A stretch of DNA of 35,261 nt from a virus. Its lineage: Duplodnaviria; Caudoviricetes. Of the stretch, positions 26,788-34,917 are shown piece after piece; the stretch's first letter is position 1, and the number at the start of each line of letters is the position of its first letter. The notes under the pieces are model-generated. The model ran no database searches. It was not told the DNA's origin and was given only the letters and a program-made list of their open reading frames with translations. Position numbers and translations under genes: made by a program. The stretch covers positions 1 through 35,261 of IMG/VR virus record IMGVR_UViG_3300034149_000053. One strand, given 5' to 3'.

Positions 26788-27140
26788 GAGACATCATCCA
26801 CAGCGGCTTGGAGGCGATTTTGTTTCTGGTTCAATTCCACTTCTTCTGCCAGACTGGACACTCGTGCTTCCAGAAACATATCCGGAAGAGCATCCTTCAC
26901 CGTATCTAACAGCACATTCAGCTTCTGTACTCGCTGTTCAATCTGCTGAAGCCGTTCGATCTCCGTGACGAAGCTCTCTAGCAGTTTGTAGGCCGCGTAG
27001 ATGTCCTTGCCGTAGATCGTGCCGCTTGTCCACAAGGGGCCGTCAGTCCCCGGCGGTAACTGCACCGGCTCGCCCTTCCCCTCGGCCAAAATAGCCTTCG
27101 CCCGTCTCAGATCGTCTTCAATCGTGTCGTAGTATGGCAT
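26784..27140 (-). CDS. Hypothetical protein with C-terminal coiled coil
   Basis: Start MPYYDTIEDD at 27140; 118 aa. Confidence 0.6.
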   Translation of the reverse strand: MPYYDTIEDDLRRAKAILAEGKGEPVQLPPGTDGPLWTSGTIYGKDIYAAYKLLESFVTEIERLQQIEQRVQKLNVLLDTVKDALPDMFLEARVSSLAEEVELNQKQNRLQAAVDDVS

Positions 27141-27529
27141 GGTTCTGTTCTCTCTCGGCACAGAGCAATATACTCCGGCACCCACGGACCAAAATGATTC
27201 GTCTGGTAGTTCAACCACAAGGCTTCATGGAACGTATAGACCGTAAACTTTTGCACACGCATCAGTTGATAATACTCGGCTCGGTCAATACCCCACCAAA
27301 TCTTCGTACCGTTCAGGAGTCCCGACTGATACACACGGTCTTCGATATCATCTTCCACCCATGCATGAGCATAGGGTTTCCCCTGCTCTAGCTGCCCTTC
27401 AGGAATGAGACAGATCCCATGCACAATGGATTGTCGCATCGCTAGTGCATGATTCGTTCGATAGACATGATCTTGCTGGTCTAACACGTCATCAAAACAC
27501 GTACCCGTGGGGTGGACAGTCATCGGCAC
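27107..27529 (-). CDS. Hypothetical protein, possible transglutaminase/papain-like fold
   Basis: GTCF...IVHG...HAWVED pattern (Cys, His, acidic residue). Start codon uncertain. Confidence 0.5.
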   Translation of the reverse strand: MPMTVHPTGTCFDDVLDQQDHVYRTNHALAMRQSIVHGICLIPEGQLEQGKPYAHAWVEDDIEDRVYQSGLLNGTKIWWGIDRAEYYQLMRVQKFTVYTFHEALWLNYQTNHFGPWVPEYIALCRERTEPCHTTTRLKTI

Positions 27530-27544
27530 TCCATTGACTACGGC

Positions 27545-27574
27545 ATCATATCTTCAGGTTGAACTATTTGTCAA
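27545..27574 (-). promoter_or_regulatory. Sigma70-type promoter upstream of the Tas operon
   Basis: TTGACA-18 bp-TATGAT. Confidence 0.65.
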
Positions 27575-30500
27575 GCGGTCTTTTGAACTTTTTCAACTCG
27601 CCCCAGTTCTTACCCACCTTCGCATCCGCCACGAAGGTCAGTTGTGGGGACCACCCCACCTTGTGGAAGGGTAGCTGCTCCATCTGGTCCAGCATTTGGG
27701 GCACCAAGACGTCTACCTTGTCTTCAGGGACATAATTCAGGATGGAATCATGACAGGCCCCCCAACACGGGGCTGTGGCCGCTAGGCCGCTCCTGTGCTC
27801 CAAGGCAATGGTCCAGAGCCCCATGTCCGTCAGACAGCCCTGTACGGGGCTATTGATGGCCTGACGCTCGGCCTTGGACGCCACATCACGGTTCGGGCTC
27901 TTGATGAGGGGGAGATGCCGGATGCGCCCCAGAGGAGTCCTGACGTGTTTGTGGAGCTTCGCAAACTGGACCGACGATTTGTGGTAATCAATCAGCCGGG
28001 GGTACTTCTTGAAGAACCCTGTGCGAAAAGTATGGGCTTCATCCCACGTCAACTCTACTCCGTAGTTCGACCGGGCATAGGCCACGAAGCCATCTTCATA
28101 CATCCCGAACACCAGACCGAAGTTACCTGCCTTGCCTAACTGCCGTGTCTCTTCGAAAGTGTGGTAATCGGTCTTCTCTAACGCCATCAGGCTCTCATAC
28201 GTGTAGCCTGCAAATGGAGCCGCTGTATCCGCATGAATGTCCCGGCCCGATTTGAACACGTTGATCATGCCCGTTTCATTGGCAATACAGGCAATCACCC
28301 GTAGCTCGCCCTGTCCGTAGTCTCGCTCCACCACCACGTACCCCGGAGGGGCTGGGAAGCACCGTCGTATACGCTGCGCCCACGTCGTATGTTTGGGTAC
28401 CGTCTGAAATGCAGGGGCCTTGCACGAGAGACGACCAGTACGAGCACCCCCTTCACCTTCCTCTTGGTTCCCGACAAAGAGGTAATAGGTAGGATGCAAC
28501 CGTCCGTCTGACCGTAGATGCTCCAAGAACCCGATCACATACGTGTTGTAGGTCTTCATCACGCTGCTATCGGTCTTGATAATCTGAATGAAGTCCTTGG
28601 CCTTGGGATCATCCGCAAACATTTCCAGATGCTCCATCGCCGTGCTCGGACGCTGAATGCCGTCCTTATCTGGCTTTGGCGTGAACATCTTGGGCTTCAG
28701 GTTGAGGCCCATCGGACTGAACATGAAGTCCACCAGCATCGATGCCTTGGTGAGGTTCATGGCCTCGGGGCGACCTTGGGTGAGGCTGGCGTAGCCGTGC
28801 TTGATGACGATACGCCCGCCCATAATCTTGCTGGCTTCTTGCACCAGACGGGCGTGCTCCTTCTCTAGGTCCAGCTTCAACTCCTGATAGGCATCCATGT
28901 CCACCAAAATGCCCCCCTGCTCAATCTGTTCAAAGGCTCGGGCGGCTGGGTGCAGGATGTTGACGTAGAAACTGGTCAACCGTGTGTCCTGCAATAGCTC
29001 CTGCTTCATCGCCTCGGCTACTTGGAGATCGGCATCCACGTCGCCACCCGCGTAGGGCAGTAGTTGATCTGGTGGAACGCGATCCATCCGGCTCTTATCG
29101 ACTTCCCGATCAAACTGGTCGGAGTTGTGCGAACACATTCCCTCTGCAATAAACGTGTGCGTGGTGGTTGTGATGGCTAGTACTTCCTGCTTGCCCACCA
29201 ACTCCTTGCTCACCACCACGTCCTCGTCATCACGATTTCGTGTCGGAAGTGGCGTCTTCACCCACTTGCGTTGCGACACCAATCGCACGGGACGTGTCAA
29301 CTGCAACAACTCAAATCCGTCCCAACTAAACAGCGTCACGGACGGAGTTTTGATTTCCTGACTACCCGCTGAGAACTTCAGCCCCCAATGTGCAGCCAGC
29401 GTGAGGCTCCTCGTGAGCACCTTCCCCTTCTTCTGTGCCCACCCAATCTTGTAGCTGGTCCCGGTCGGAGTCTTCGAACGTGACCCCCACCCTTCACCAT
29501 CCAAAATCCCCGACATCCACCCTGAATCAAAACTCTCATCGAACTGTCGCATAGGAAACGTCTTCAACCGCATCCCCACGGCAATTTCTTCTGTCTGAAT
29601 CCACTCAATCTTGCCGCCGTAAACATCACGAACATGCAAAAACTGGTGGTTGTCACTCACCGTCAACGAGCGACCTGACTTCATCGTCAAACGATAGCAC
29701 CGCTTCTCCAATGCTTGAATGGCAGTCACTTTCGCCACGTCAAGCTGCCTTCGGCGCTTGAACTGCGATTCTTCTTCGAACCCCACCAGTTCGTCGTTCA
29801 CCTGAATTTCTTCGGCCTTCACCCATTGCATGTCGGCTGTCAGGAGCCGAGTTTCTGGCGTCACGCAGTATCCGGCAAGGGCGGGGACGTAGATTTTTGT
29901 ATGCACGTCCAAGGCATTGCTTCGATTCTCGTCCAGCAAGCTGCCCACAATGGTCGTGTCAAACACAAAGTTGGTGCAATTGAATGCACCGCGCTTCCAC
30001 AGCCAGTGAAGGTCATACTTGAAGTTGGCTCCTTTCAGACGGATGTAGGGACACCGCAACAAGAATTCAACCTGCTCACGGAAGGCCGGATCAGAAAGTC
30101 TCTGGCTCTCGTGCATCCGATCTATGAACCGAACGACGTCCGCTTGGCCTTTCTGATGGGTGGCTTGCATCGAGACAATGTAGGCTCCGGGGAACGGCGG
30201 ATTGAACACCGGTTCCGCATACGGATCGAGCCCCAGCGTTTCCAAGTCTTTCGACAGATCCACGGGTTGCCCCGTGGCTGTGTGTTGTCGCTCGATAGCT
30301 GTGCAGAGGTCGGAGAAGTCTTGGACATAACGATACTGGCCGTACACCGGAGTCCACTTGCCCGTCAGACAGTAGCGGAGGGCCAGTGTGACATCTGTCA
30401 ACAGGTCCACGTAGTAGCCGTGGTCAATTTCCCCGATCTCGGGACTGTACGACACCAGCACCGGTATTCCACCTCGCATCTGGGGACGAGTCCGGTAGGA

Positions 30501-30707
30501 CGTGGTGGTGCGATTCTTCGCGATCAGTTTTTCTTCTTGGAGCTTCTTCAGTGCATCAGTACCCAGTGCGAGGATGGTCGTGGTACCTTCCGGCACGGTG
30601 TAATCGTTCACCACCTTCACAGACACTTCGGGGACCGGACGTAACACCTGAGACAGGTGGTGGAACACCTTGGCCGAAGGGGTCTTCGACCACACGGTGA
30701 GAAGCAT
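27564..30707 (-). CDS. polA: Family A DNA polymerase with 3'-5' exonuclease, degenerate UDG-like N-terminus and an intein
   Basis: ExoI DLET, ExoII NFKYDL, ExoIII YAGGD; RTGRLS; motif A DYGQGELR; motif B RQLGKAGNFGLVFG; motif C HDS. Confidence 0.95.
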   Translation of the reverse strand: MLLTVWSKTPSAKVFHHLSQVLRPVPEVSVKVVNDYTVPEGTTTILALGTDALKKLQEEKLIAKNRTTTSYRTRPQMRGGIPVLVSYSPEIGEIDHGYYVDLLTDVTLALRYCLTGKWTPVYGQYRYVQDFSDLCTAIERQHTATGQPVDLSKDLETLGLDPYAEPVFNPPFPGAYIVSMQATHQKGQADVVRFIDRMHESQRLSDPAFREQVEFLLRCPYIRLKGANFKYDLHWLWKRGAFNCTNFVFDTTIVGSLLDENRSNALDVHTKIYVPALAGYCVTPETRLLTADMQWVKAEEIQVNDELVGFEEESQFKRRRQLDVAKVTAIQALEKRCYRLTMKSGRSLTVSDNHQFLHVRDVYGGKIEWIQTEEIAVGMRLKTFPMRQFDESFDSGWMSGILDGEGWGSRSKTPTGTSYKIGWAQKKGKVLTRSLTLAAHWGLKFSAGSQEIKTPSVTLFSWDGFELLQLTRPVRLVSQRKWVKTPLPTRNRDDEDVVVSKELVGKQEVLAITTTTHTFIAEGMCSHNSDQFDREVDKSRMDRVPPDQLLPYAGGDVDADLQVAEAMKQELLQDTRLTSFYVNILHPAARAFEQIEQGGILVDMDAYQELKLDLEKEHARLVQEASKIMGGRIVIKHGYASLTQGRPEAMNLTKASMLVDFMFSPMGLNLKPKMFTPKPDKDGIQRPSTAMEHLEMFADDPKAKDFIQIIKTDSSVMKTYNTYVIGFLEHLRSDGRLHPTYYLFVGNQEEGEGGARTGRLSCKAPAFQTVPKHTTWAQRIRRCFPAPPGYVVVERDYGQGELRVIACIANETGMINVFKSGRDIHADTAAPFAGYTYESLMALEKTDYHTFEETRQLGKAGNFGLVFGMYEDGFVAYARSNYGVELTWDEAHTFRTGFFKKYPRLIDYHKSSVQFAKLHKHVRTPLGRIRHLPLIKSPNRDVASKAERQAINSPVQGCLTDMGLWTIALEHRSGLAATAPCWGACHDSILNYVPEDKVDVLVPQMLDQMEQLPFHKVGWSPQLTFVADAKVGKNWGELKKFKRPLDK
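29124..29867 (-). mobile_element. Intein (248 aa) with a LAGLIDADG-like block
   Basis: Starts Y|CVTPETRLLTAD, block B LTVSDNHQF, SGILDGEG, ends HTFIAEGMCSHN|S with Ser as the +1 nucleophile. Confidence 0.92.
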
Positions 30708-30709
30708 GC

Positions 30710-31108
30710 TTACTCCTTCGCGGATGACCCATCATACTCCACTTTCGTCCACTTTTCGGCTTCGTAACGGAAGATACCCTTGATCGCCGGGGCGAATTCC
30801 AGCATCCGATCCTTGACCGTGGTCCCGGCAAACCCGGTCTTCTGTCCGCACTCTTTCAACGTGGTCATGTGCAGGACAAACAAGAAATTCTCCTTCTCAC
30901 GGATAACCACATACAGCCGGAGCGTCCGTTCAATGGTCACCCAGAACCCTAGCTCGGTCGTGCTCATGACGTCGGACTCGACGTCAATCCGCTGGTCCAC
31001 TCGCCACGGTCCCATGAATAGCGGGTGCATCTCGGAGGCCACCAGACGGCCCTTGACGAGATGCAGCGTCACGCCCAGTGTGTCGGCGGCAAAATACGGG
31101 AGGTTCAT
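30710..31108 (-). CDS. Hypothetical protein
   Basis: 132 aa, AAGGAG RBS, tiles with neighbours. Confidence 0.65.
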   Translation of the reverse strand: MNLPYFAADTLGVTLHLVKGRLVASEMHPLFMGPWRVDQRIDVESDVMSTTELGFWVTIERTLRLYVVIREKENFLFVLHMTTLKECGQKTGFAGTTVKDRMLEFAPAIKGIFRYEAEKWTKVEYDGSSAKE

Positions 31109-31374
31109 GACGGCTCCTTCACCGACTTCACAGAGAGCGTCAACTTCTCTTCATCCTTGGTGATGACCACACCCTGACAGATCGGTTGGCCACAAAACAA
31201 TCCCACGAATTCCCAGTGGCTATCGCTCCGGCCTGTACAGACCCACTCCACGTCCAAAGGGATAGCAGGGAAAAGGACATTCTTGCGAATGTCCCCCAGT
31301 GCAATTGATTGCAGGTATTTCAACTCTTCAATCCCTGCGGGCGACTCAGCCTTGAGCGTATCACGGTGCGTCAT
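31105..31374 (-). CDS. Hypothetical protein (89 aa)
   Basis: Start MTHRD at 31374 via a TAATG overlap with the upstream stop. Confidence 0.6.
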   Translation of the reverse strand: MTHRDTLKAESPAGIEELKYLQSIALGDIRKNVLFPAIPLDVEWVCTGRSDSHWEFVGLFCGQPICQGVVITKDEEKLTLSVKSVKEPS

Positions 31375-32339
31375 TACGCCTTCTCCGCGATGATCAGGTT
31401 CGTGCCCGTCATCACCGTGGCCTTCCACGCGATGCCCGTGCCGAACAGGAAGGCCCCCACCACACGCTCCACCGGGACGCCTGCGGCTTCGAAGTGAATC
31501 GAGCCGTAGCTTTGACCCATCTTCAGTTGGAGGCCGGAATCTTCCAGCTTCTTCAGTTCCGCTGTCGGGTTGTCCGTCCACTCCGCACGGATGGAAATCG
31601 AACCCGTCTTGTAGAGCCGTGCGGCGAGCTTCACATGATCCGTCAGTGCCACCGTGTAGTAAACGCTCCCCGGGCTCGTGCCGTGAACCTTCTGTCCTAC
31701 GGCCTTGGCGTTCTTCAGGTCAATCACCGCGTCCACGGGTGTAGCAGAGAAGGTATCCGATCCCCAAGACGCCCCTGTGGGGCTCCCAGCGGGCTCCAAC
31801 TTGACGTAGGCACCCGCCGCCGACAGGCTGTCAGCCACCGTCTTGGCGTCCCCTGCGGGGAAGGTACCGAGGTTCACCGGAGCATGCAACGACGCTTCAA
31901 CGGTTTGCTTCGCGTCCTTCAACTTCATCGCCGTCGCTGTCATCACCGCCTTGATGACAGGGATCTTTTTTTCCAGACCCGCAAAGCCCGTCAGCAACAC
32001 ATACATCGCCGTTGTGGCCTTCGTGATGGGTGTCTTTGCCGTAGCAACCGGCGAGCCGTGATCCGCATGAATCTTGTTGATCCAGTCGTAGATGAGCACC
32101 TTGTTGGAGGCGACCACGTTGACGTCCCCCATGTGCTTCATCAACGACGTCGTTCCGCACGTCAGCTTGACATGCGAAATGGACTTGCCGCCGACGTATG
32201 CCCGCACGCCATACAGGGACACTTCGAACGTCACCCCTGTCCCCAGAAGGGCCTTGACCTTTTCGGTGATGGGATGGATCGGCCCGAACACCGTGCTAAA
32301 AAAGACCAACTGAGCGTCTGTGCTTACCGTGAATGCCAT
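31374..32339 (-). CDS. Protein with an internal ribosomal bL12 (L7/L12) C-terminal-like domain
   Basis: YVLLTGFAGLEKKIPVIKAVMTATAMKLKDAKQTVEASLHAP...DAKTVADSLSAAGAYVKLE matches the bL12 CTD pattern K+.VIKAVR..TG+GLKEAK.LVE.AP....A..+...L..AGA.V.+. AAGGAG RBS. Confidence 0.75.
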   Translation of the reverse strand: MAFTVSTDAQLVFFSTVFGPIHPITEKVKALLGTGVTFEVSLYGVRAYVGGKSISHVKLTCGTTSLMKHMGDVNVVASNKVLIYDWINKIHADHGSPVATAKTPITKATTAMYVLLTGFAGLEKKIPVIKAVMTATAMKLKDAKQTVEASLHAPVNLGTFPAGDAKTVADSLSAAGAYVKLEPAGSPTGASWGSDTFSATPVDAVIDLKNAKAVGQKVHGTSPGSVYYTVALTDHVKLAARLYKTGSISIRAEWTDNPTAELKKLEDSGLQLKMGQSYGSIHFEAAGVPVERVVGAFLFGTGIAWKATVMTGTNLIIAEKA

Positions 32340-32374
32340 GCTGCCCACTCCTTGAGCGAAACTGAACTAGAGAC

Positions 32375-32403
32375 AGTGTAGCACACTGCCCCCGGTTTGT
32401 CAA
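32375..32403 (-). promoter_or_regulatory. Sigma70-type promoter
   Basis: TTGACA-17 bp-TACACT with extended -10 (TGC). Confidence 0.75.
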
Positions 32404-32407
32404 AACA

Positions 32408-33115
32408 TTACTTCTTCTTGCCCTTCCAGAGGCTCCGGCTGGATGCCATCGGTTCGAAGGTCTTCGTGGCCTTCGTGAAGCCGTCCAGAAGCGTTCTGCG
32501 GGGCTTCTCCTTGGCCTTGGCCGTTCCCCTCGGGGGATAGAAGTCAAACGTGTGCGTGTCATCTGACGGCTTGCTGGACGTCATCTTGAGCACCCCACCG
32601 GACTTCGTAGGAGTCACCGTGGTGACATGGTAGTGCTTCATCAGGAACTGGACTTGCTCTCGCGACTCGACGGCTCTCTTGCAGTAGTGCTTCCGGACGT
32701 ATTGTATCGCATCCGTCTCGCCCAGTGCCTCAGCCACAATCGCAGAGAGCACCGTGCCTGTCCGACCGTGCCCACCGATACAGCCGACGTGGACGGACTT
32801 GCCATCCTGCAATTGACTGCACAACCACGTCACCATCTTCTTAAACCGTGACACGTTTGAGGGGACACCCATATCGTTGATGCTGTACTGCACCTCGACT
32901 CGGGCTTGCTTCTCCCACGGATCCGACTGCCGCCCGCCCATGTCCCCCTTCTGAAGGACCACGTAGACGTCCAGATCACTCTTCACCGGGCTGAAGGCCG
33001 CTCCTCCGTAGAGCTTGCCCTTGCCCACCTTCAGCACCGGGTGTGACTCGTAACACCTGACGGCGAGGTTGGTGCCCTTGAAGGCACCTTCCATCTTGCT
33101 ATCCCACGTCGCCAT
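32408..33115 (-). CDS. CX5R (PTP/dual-specificity-like) phosphatase
   Basis: VHVGCIGGHGRTG P-loop; AIQYVRKHY..RAVES.EQ. Confidence 0.88.
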   Translation of the reverse strand: MATWDSKMEGAFKGTNLAVRCYESHPVLKVGKGKLYGGAAFSPVKSDLDVYVVLQKGDMGGRQSDPWEKQARVEVQYSINDMGVPSNVSRFKKMVTWLCSQLQDGKSVHVGCIGGHGRTGTVLSAIVAEALGETDAIQYVRKHYCKRAVESREQVQFLMKHYHVTTVTPTKSGGVLKMTSSKPSDDTHTFDFYPPRGTAKAKEKPRRTLLDGFTKATKTFEPMASSRSLWKGKKK

Positions 33116-34257
33116 TACTTTTCCAACCTTTCATAGGTGGTAACCGTTTGATTCGGATACACTTGCCACGAACCAGTCACCTTGACCTTCTTGCCGTGGA
33201 CGTGGGTCAGCGTGGGTGTCGGAGGGGGAGGAGGCGTCACCGGAACGGCCTTCTTCACCGTCGCCTTCGACTTCACCGCCGCCTTCACGTACTTCGACGG
33301 ATTGTCCTTCTTCTCTTTCTCGGGCCGCAAATCGCTTACCAGTTGCCAGTCCACATGGCCCTTGATCGTGGGGTTGCCGTTGGCATCCAGCGGGCAATGC
33401 GTCTTGATCAACTCCACAGCGGCAATCGCCTCGGGCGTCTTCTTGACGTGCATCGTATTGGACTCCAACATCAGGTCCAACATCTGACCAGACCGTTGCA
33501 CGTCGAGTACCGTCATCAAGGCTGATGCATTTTGGTTCGCGTAGATCTTCACCTCAGTCTTGTTGAAGATGGGTCCACCGTTGTGTGCCAGCGTATAGCC
33601 CGTGTCAACCAACATCTCCATCGAGGTGACGCCCGTAAGCATCGCTGTCGCCGCATCCGTCACATGGCCCCACTTCGGCCCGCCATAGCTCTCGACTTCG
33701 CCACACCACCCGTCAGCCTTGTGGAACCCGTACGACAGGGCCTTCATGTAGGTCACAATCGGAACCATGGGGGGCGCATGCATGTACTTGTGCATGGCCG
33801 TTTCTTCGCCACCCTGAGAGGTAATCGCGTTCAGGAATACCCGCATTTCAGGTCCGAATTCATCTTCGACCTTCGTCCAGAACATCGGGGACGGCGCACC
33901 GTGCGACTTCAGGTGGCGCATTTCACGCACGGTGATGCAGAGGATGTAATGCAGCATCCGCTCACCTTGCGTCATGCACACGTCCGTGTAGTTCGTCATG
34001 ATGGTTTGCGCCCACTCCGGCAAGGGCTCATTCACCGTGAAGAGCCCTCGGACGATACTCGCGCAGTGGTTCAGCGTGTAGAACAACACCGCATCGTTTT
34101 CAGGCGACTCGTATCCGTCGCCTATTTTCGTCTTGTACTTCAACGTGGCATCCGCGAACACGCCAGTCGGCAGAGCCGAGAAGTCATGCGTGCGAGCTTG
34201 ATATGCCGCGTTGAAGTAAGCCAGTGTGTTCTTCGGACGGTGCTTCATGAGACTCAA
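33115..34257 (-). CDS. Uncharacterised 380-aa protein between the two phosphatases
   Basis: Long ORF with AAGGAG RBS; motif-like blocks REMRH, YGGPKW, DTGYTLAHNGGPIFNK, LDVQRSG. I cannot assign a family. Confidence 0.75.
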   Translation of the reverse strand: MSLMKHRPKNTLAYFNAAYQARTHDFSALPTGVFADATLKYKTKIGDGYESPENDAVLFYTLNHCASIVRGLFTVNEPLPEWAQTIMTNYTDVCMTQGERMLHYILCITVREMRHLKSHGAPSPMFWTKVEDEFGPEMRVFLNAITSQGGEETAMHKYMHAPPMVPIVTYMKALSYGFHKADGWCGEVESYGGPKWGHVTDAATAMLTGVTSMEMLVDTGYTLAHNGGPIFNKTEVKIYANQNASALMTVLDVQRSGQMLDLMLESNTMHVKKTPEAIAAVELIKTHCPLDANGNPTIKGHVDWQLVSDLRPEKEKKDNPSKYVKAAVKSKATVKKAVPVTPPPPPTPTLTHVHGKKVKVTGSWQVYPNQTVTTYERLEK

Positions 34258-34283
34258 TCACTCCTTGATTGACTAACAGAACC

Positions 34284-34313
34284 AGTCTACCACGACAGTC
34301 AGGAATTTGTCAA
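34284..34313 (-). promoter_or_regulatory. Sigma70-type promoter
   Basis: TTGACA-18 bp-TAGACT with extended -10 (TGG). Confidence 0.7.
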
Positions 34314-34852
34314 ACGCTGTAGTCGCCAGACGCCTTCTGCTTGAGAACCGTCGTCTGCCCGTTCTTCAGGCTCAGAGGCATCCGCGTCAGGTTCGTCTTC
34401 CAGAACCGCAACCACGCCATCCTGCGGGCTCGCTTGACCTTCCGCCGTAGGGGAGGGGTGATCGTGAACCGCTTGACGTAGAGGTACTGTTCGGGCGTCT
34501 CCACAGCGTGGGAGTAGTAGTTCGCTCGCACAAACTCCACCGGCTTCTTGATGCCGAAGGACTTCGCCAGAACCGCCAGAAACAGCCCTGTACGCCCCTT
34601 GCCGCCCATGCAGCCCACGTAGACAGGTTCCCCGGCCAGAATCAGGTCCAGCGCCTTGCTGAGGCCCCTGTAGAGGGTTTTCCGGTCTGGGGTCTGAAAG
34701 TCCACCGTGGGGATATCGACGGCGCATGCCGCCTTGATCTCCTTGGCCATCTTGACCCCTTGCATGGTCTTCGGGCACTCCGCAAACGGACCCCCCGTCA
34801 CCACGAAATACTGCCACCGATTCAACGCGATCTTCAACGTGCCGAGAGCCAT
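34310..34852 (-). CDS. CX5R (PTP/dual-specificity-like) phosphatase
   Basis: VYVGCMGGKGRTG P-loop; PTVDF acid loop; FVRANY..HAVET.EQ. Confidence 0.88.
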   Translation of the reverse strand: MALGTLKIALNRWQYFVVTGGPFAECPKTMQGVKMAKEIKAACAVDIPTVDFQTPDRKTLYRGLSKALDLILAGEPVYVGCMGGKGRTGLFLAVLAKSFGIKKPVEFVRANYYSHAVETPEQYLYVKRFTITPPLRRKVKRARRMAWLRFWKTNLTRMPLSLKNGQTTVLKQKASGDYSV

Positions 34853-34888
34853 GTAGGAACCTCACTCCTTGAGAAATGAACGGACTTC

Positions 34889-34917
34889 AGTATACCACCA
34901 ACACCGCGATTTGTCAC
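34889..34917 (-). promoter_or_regulatory. Sigma70-type promoter
   Basis: GTGACA-17 bp-TATACT with extended -10 (TGG). Confidence 0.7.

Larger units (their letters stand above)
2686..32821. repeat. Dispersed 14-bp near-palindrome TGCAATCAATTGCA / TGCAATTGATTGCA, 14 copies
   Basis: Exact copies start at 10168, 20153, 31300; one mismatch at 2686, 4394, 10815, 15366, 17449, 22911, 26667, 29975, 32808; two mismatches at 8358, 12816. Found by eye, so the list may be incomplete. Confidence 0.85.

Noticed and set aside
29715-34272. Long plus-strand ORFs (29715-30644, 31494-32381, 33532-34272)
   Set aside because: Antisense shadows of well-supported minus-strand genes in GC-rich DNA, with no recognisable motifs.
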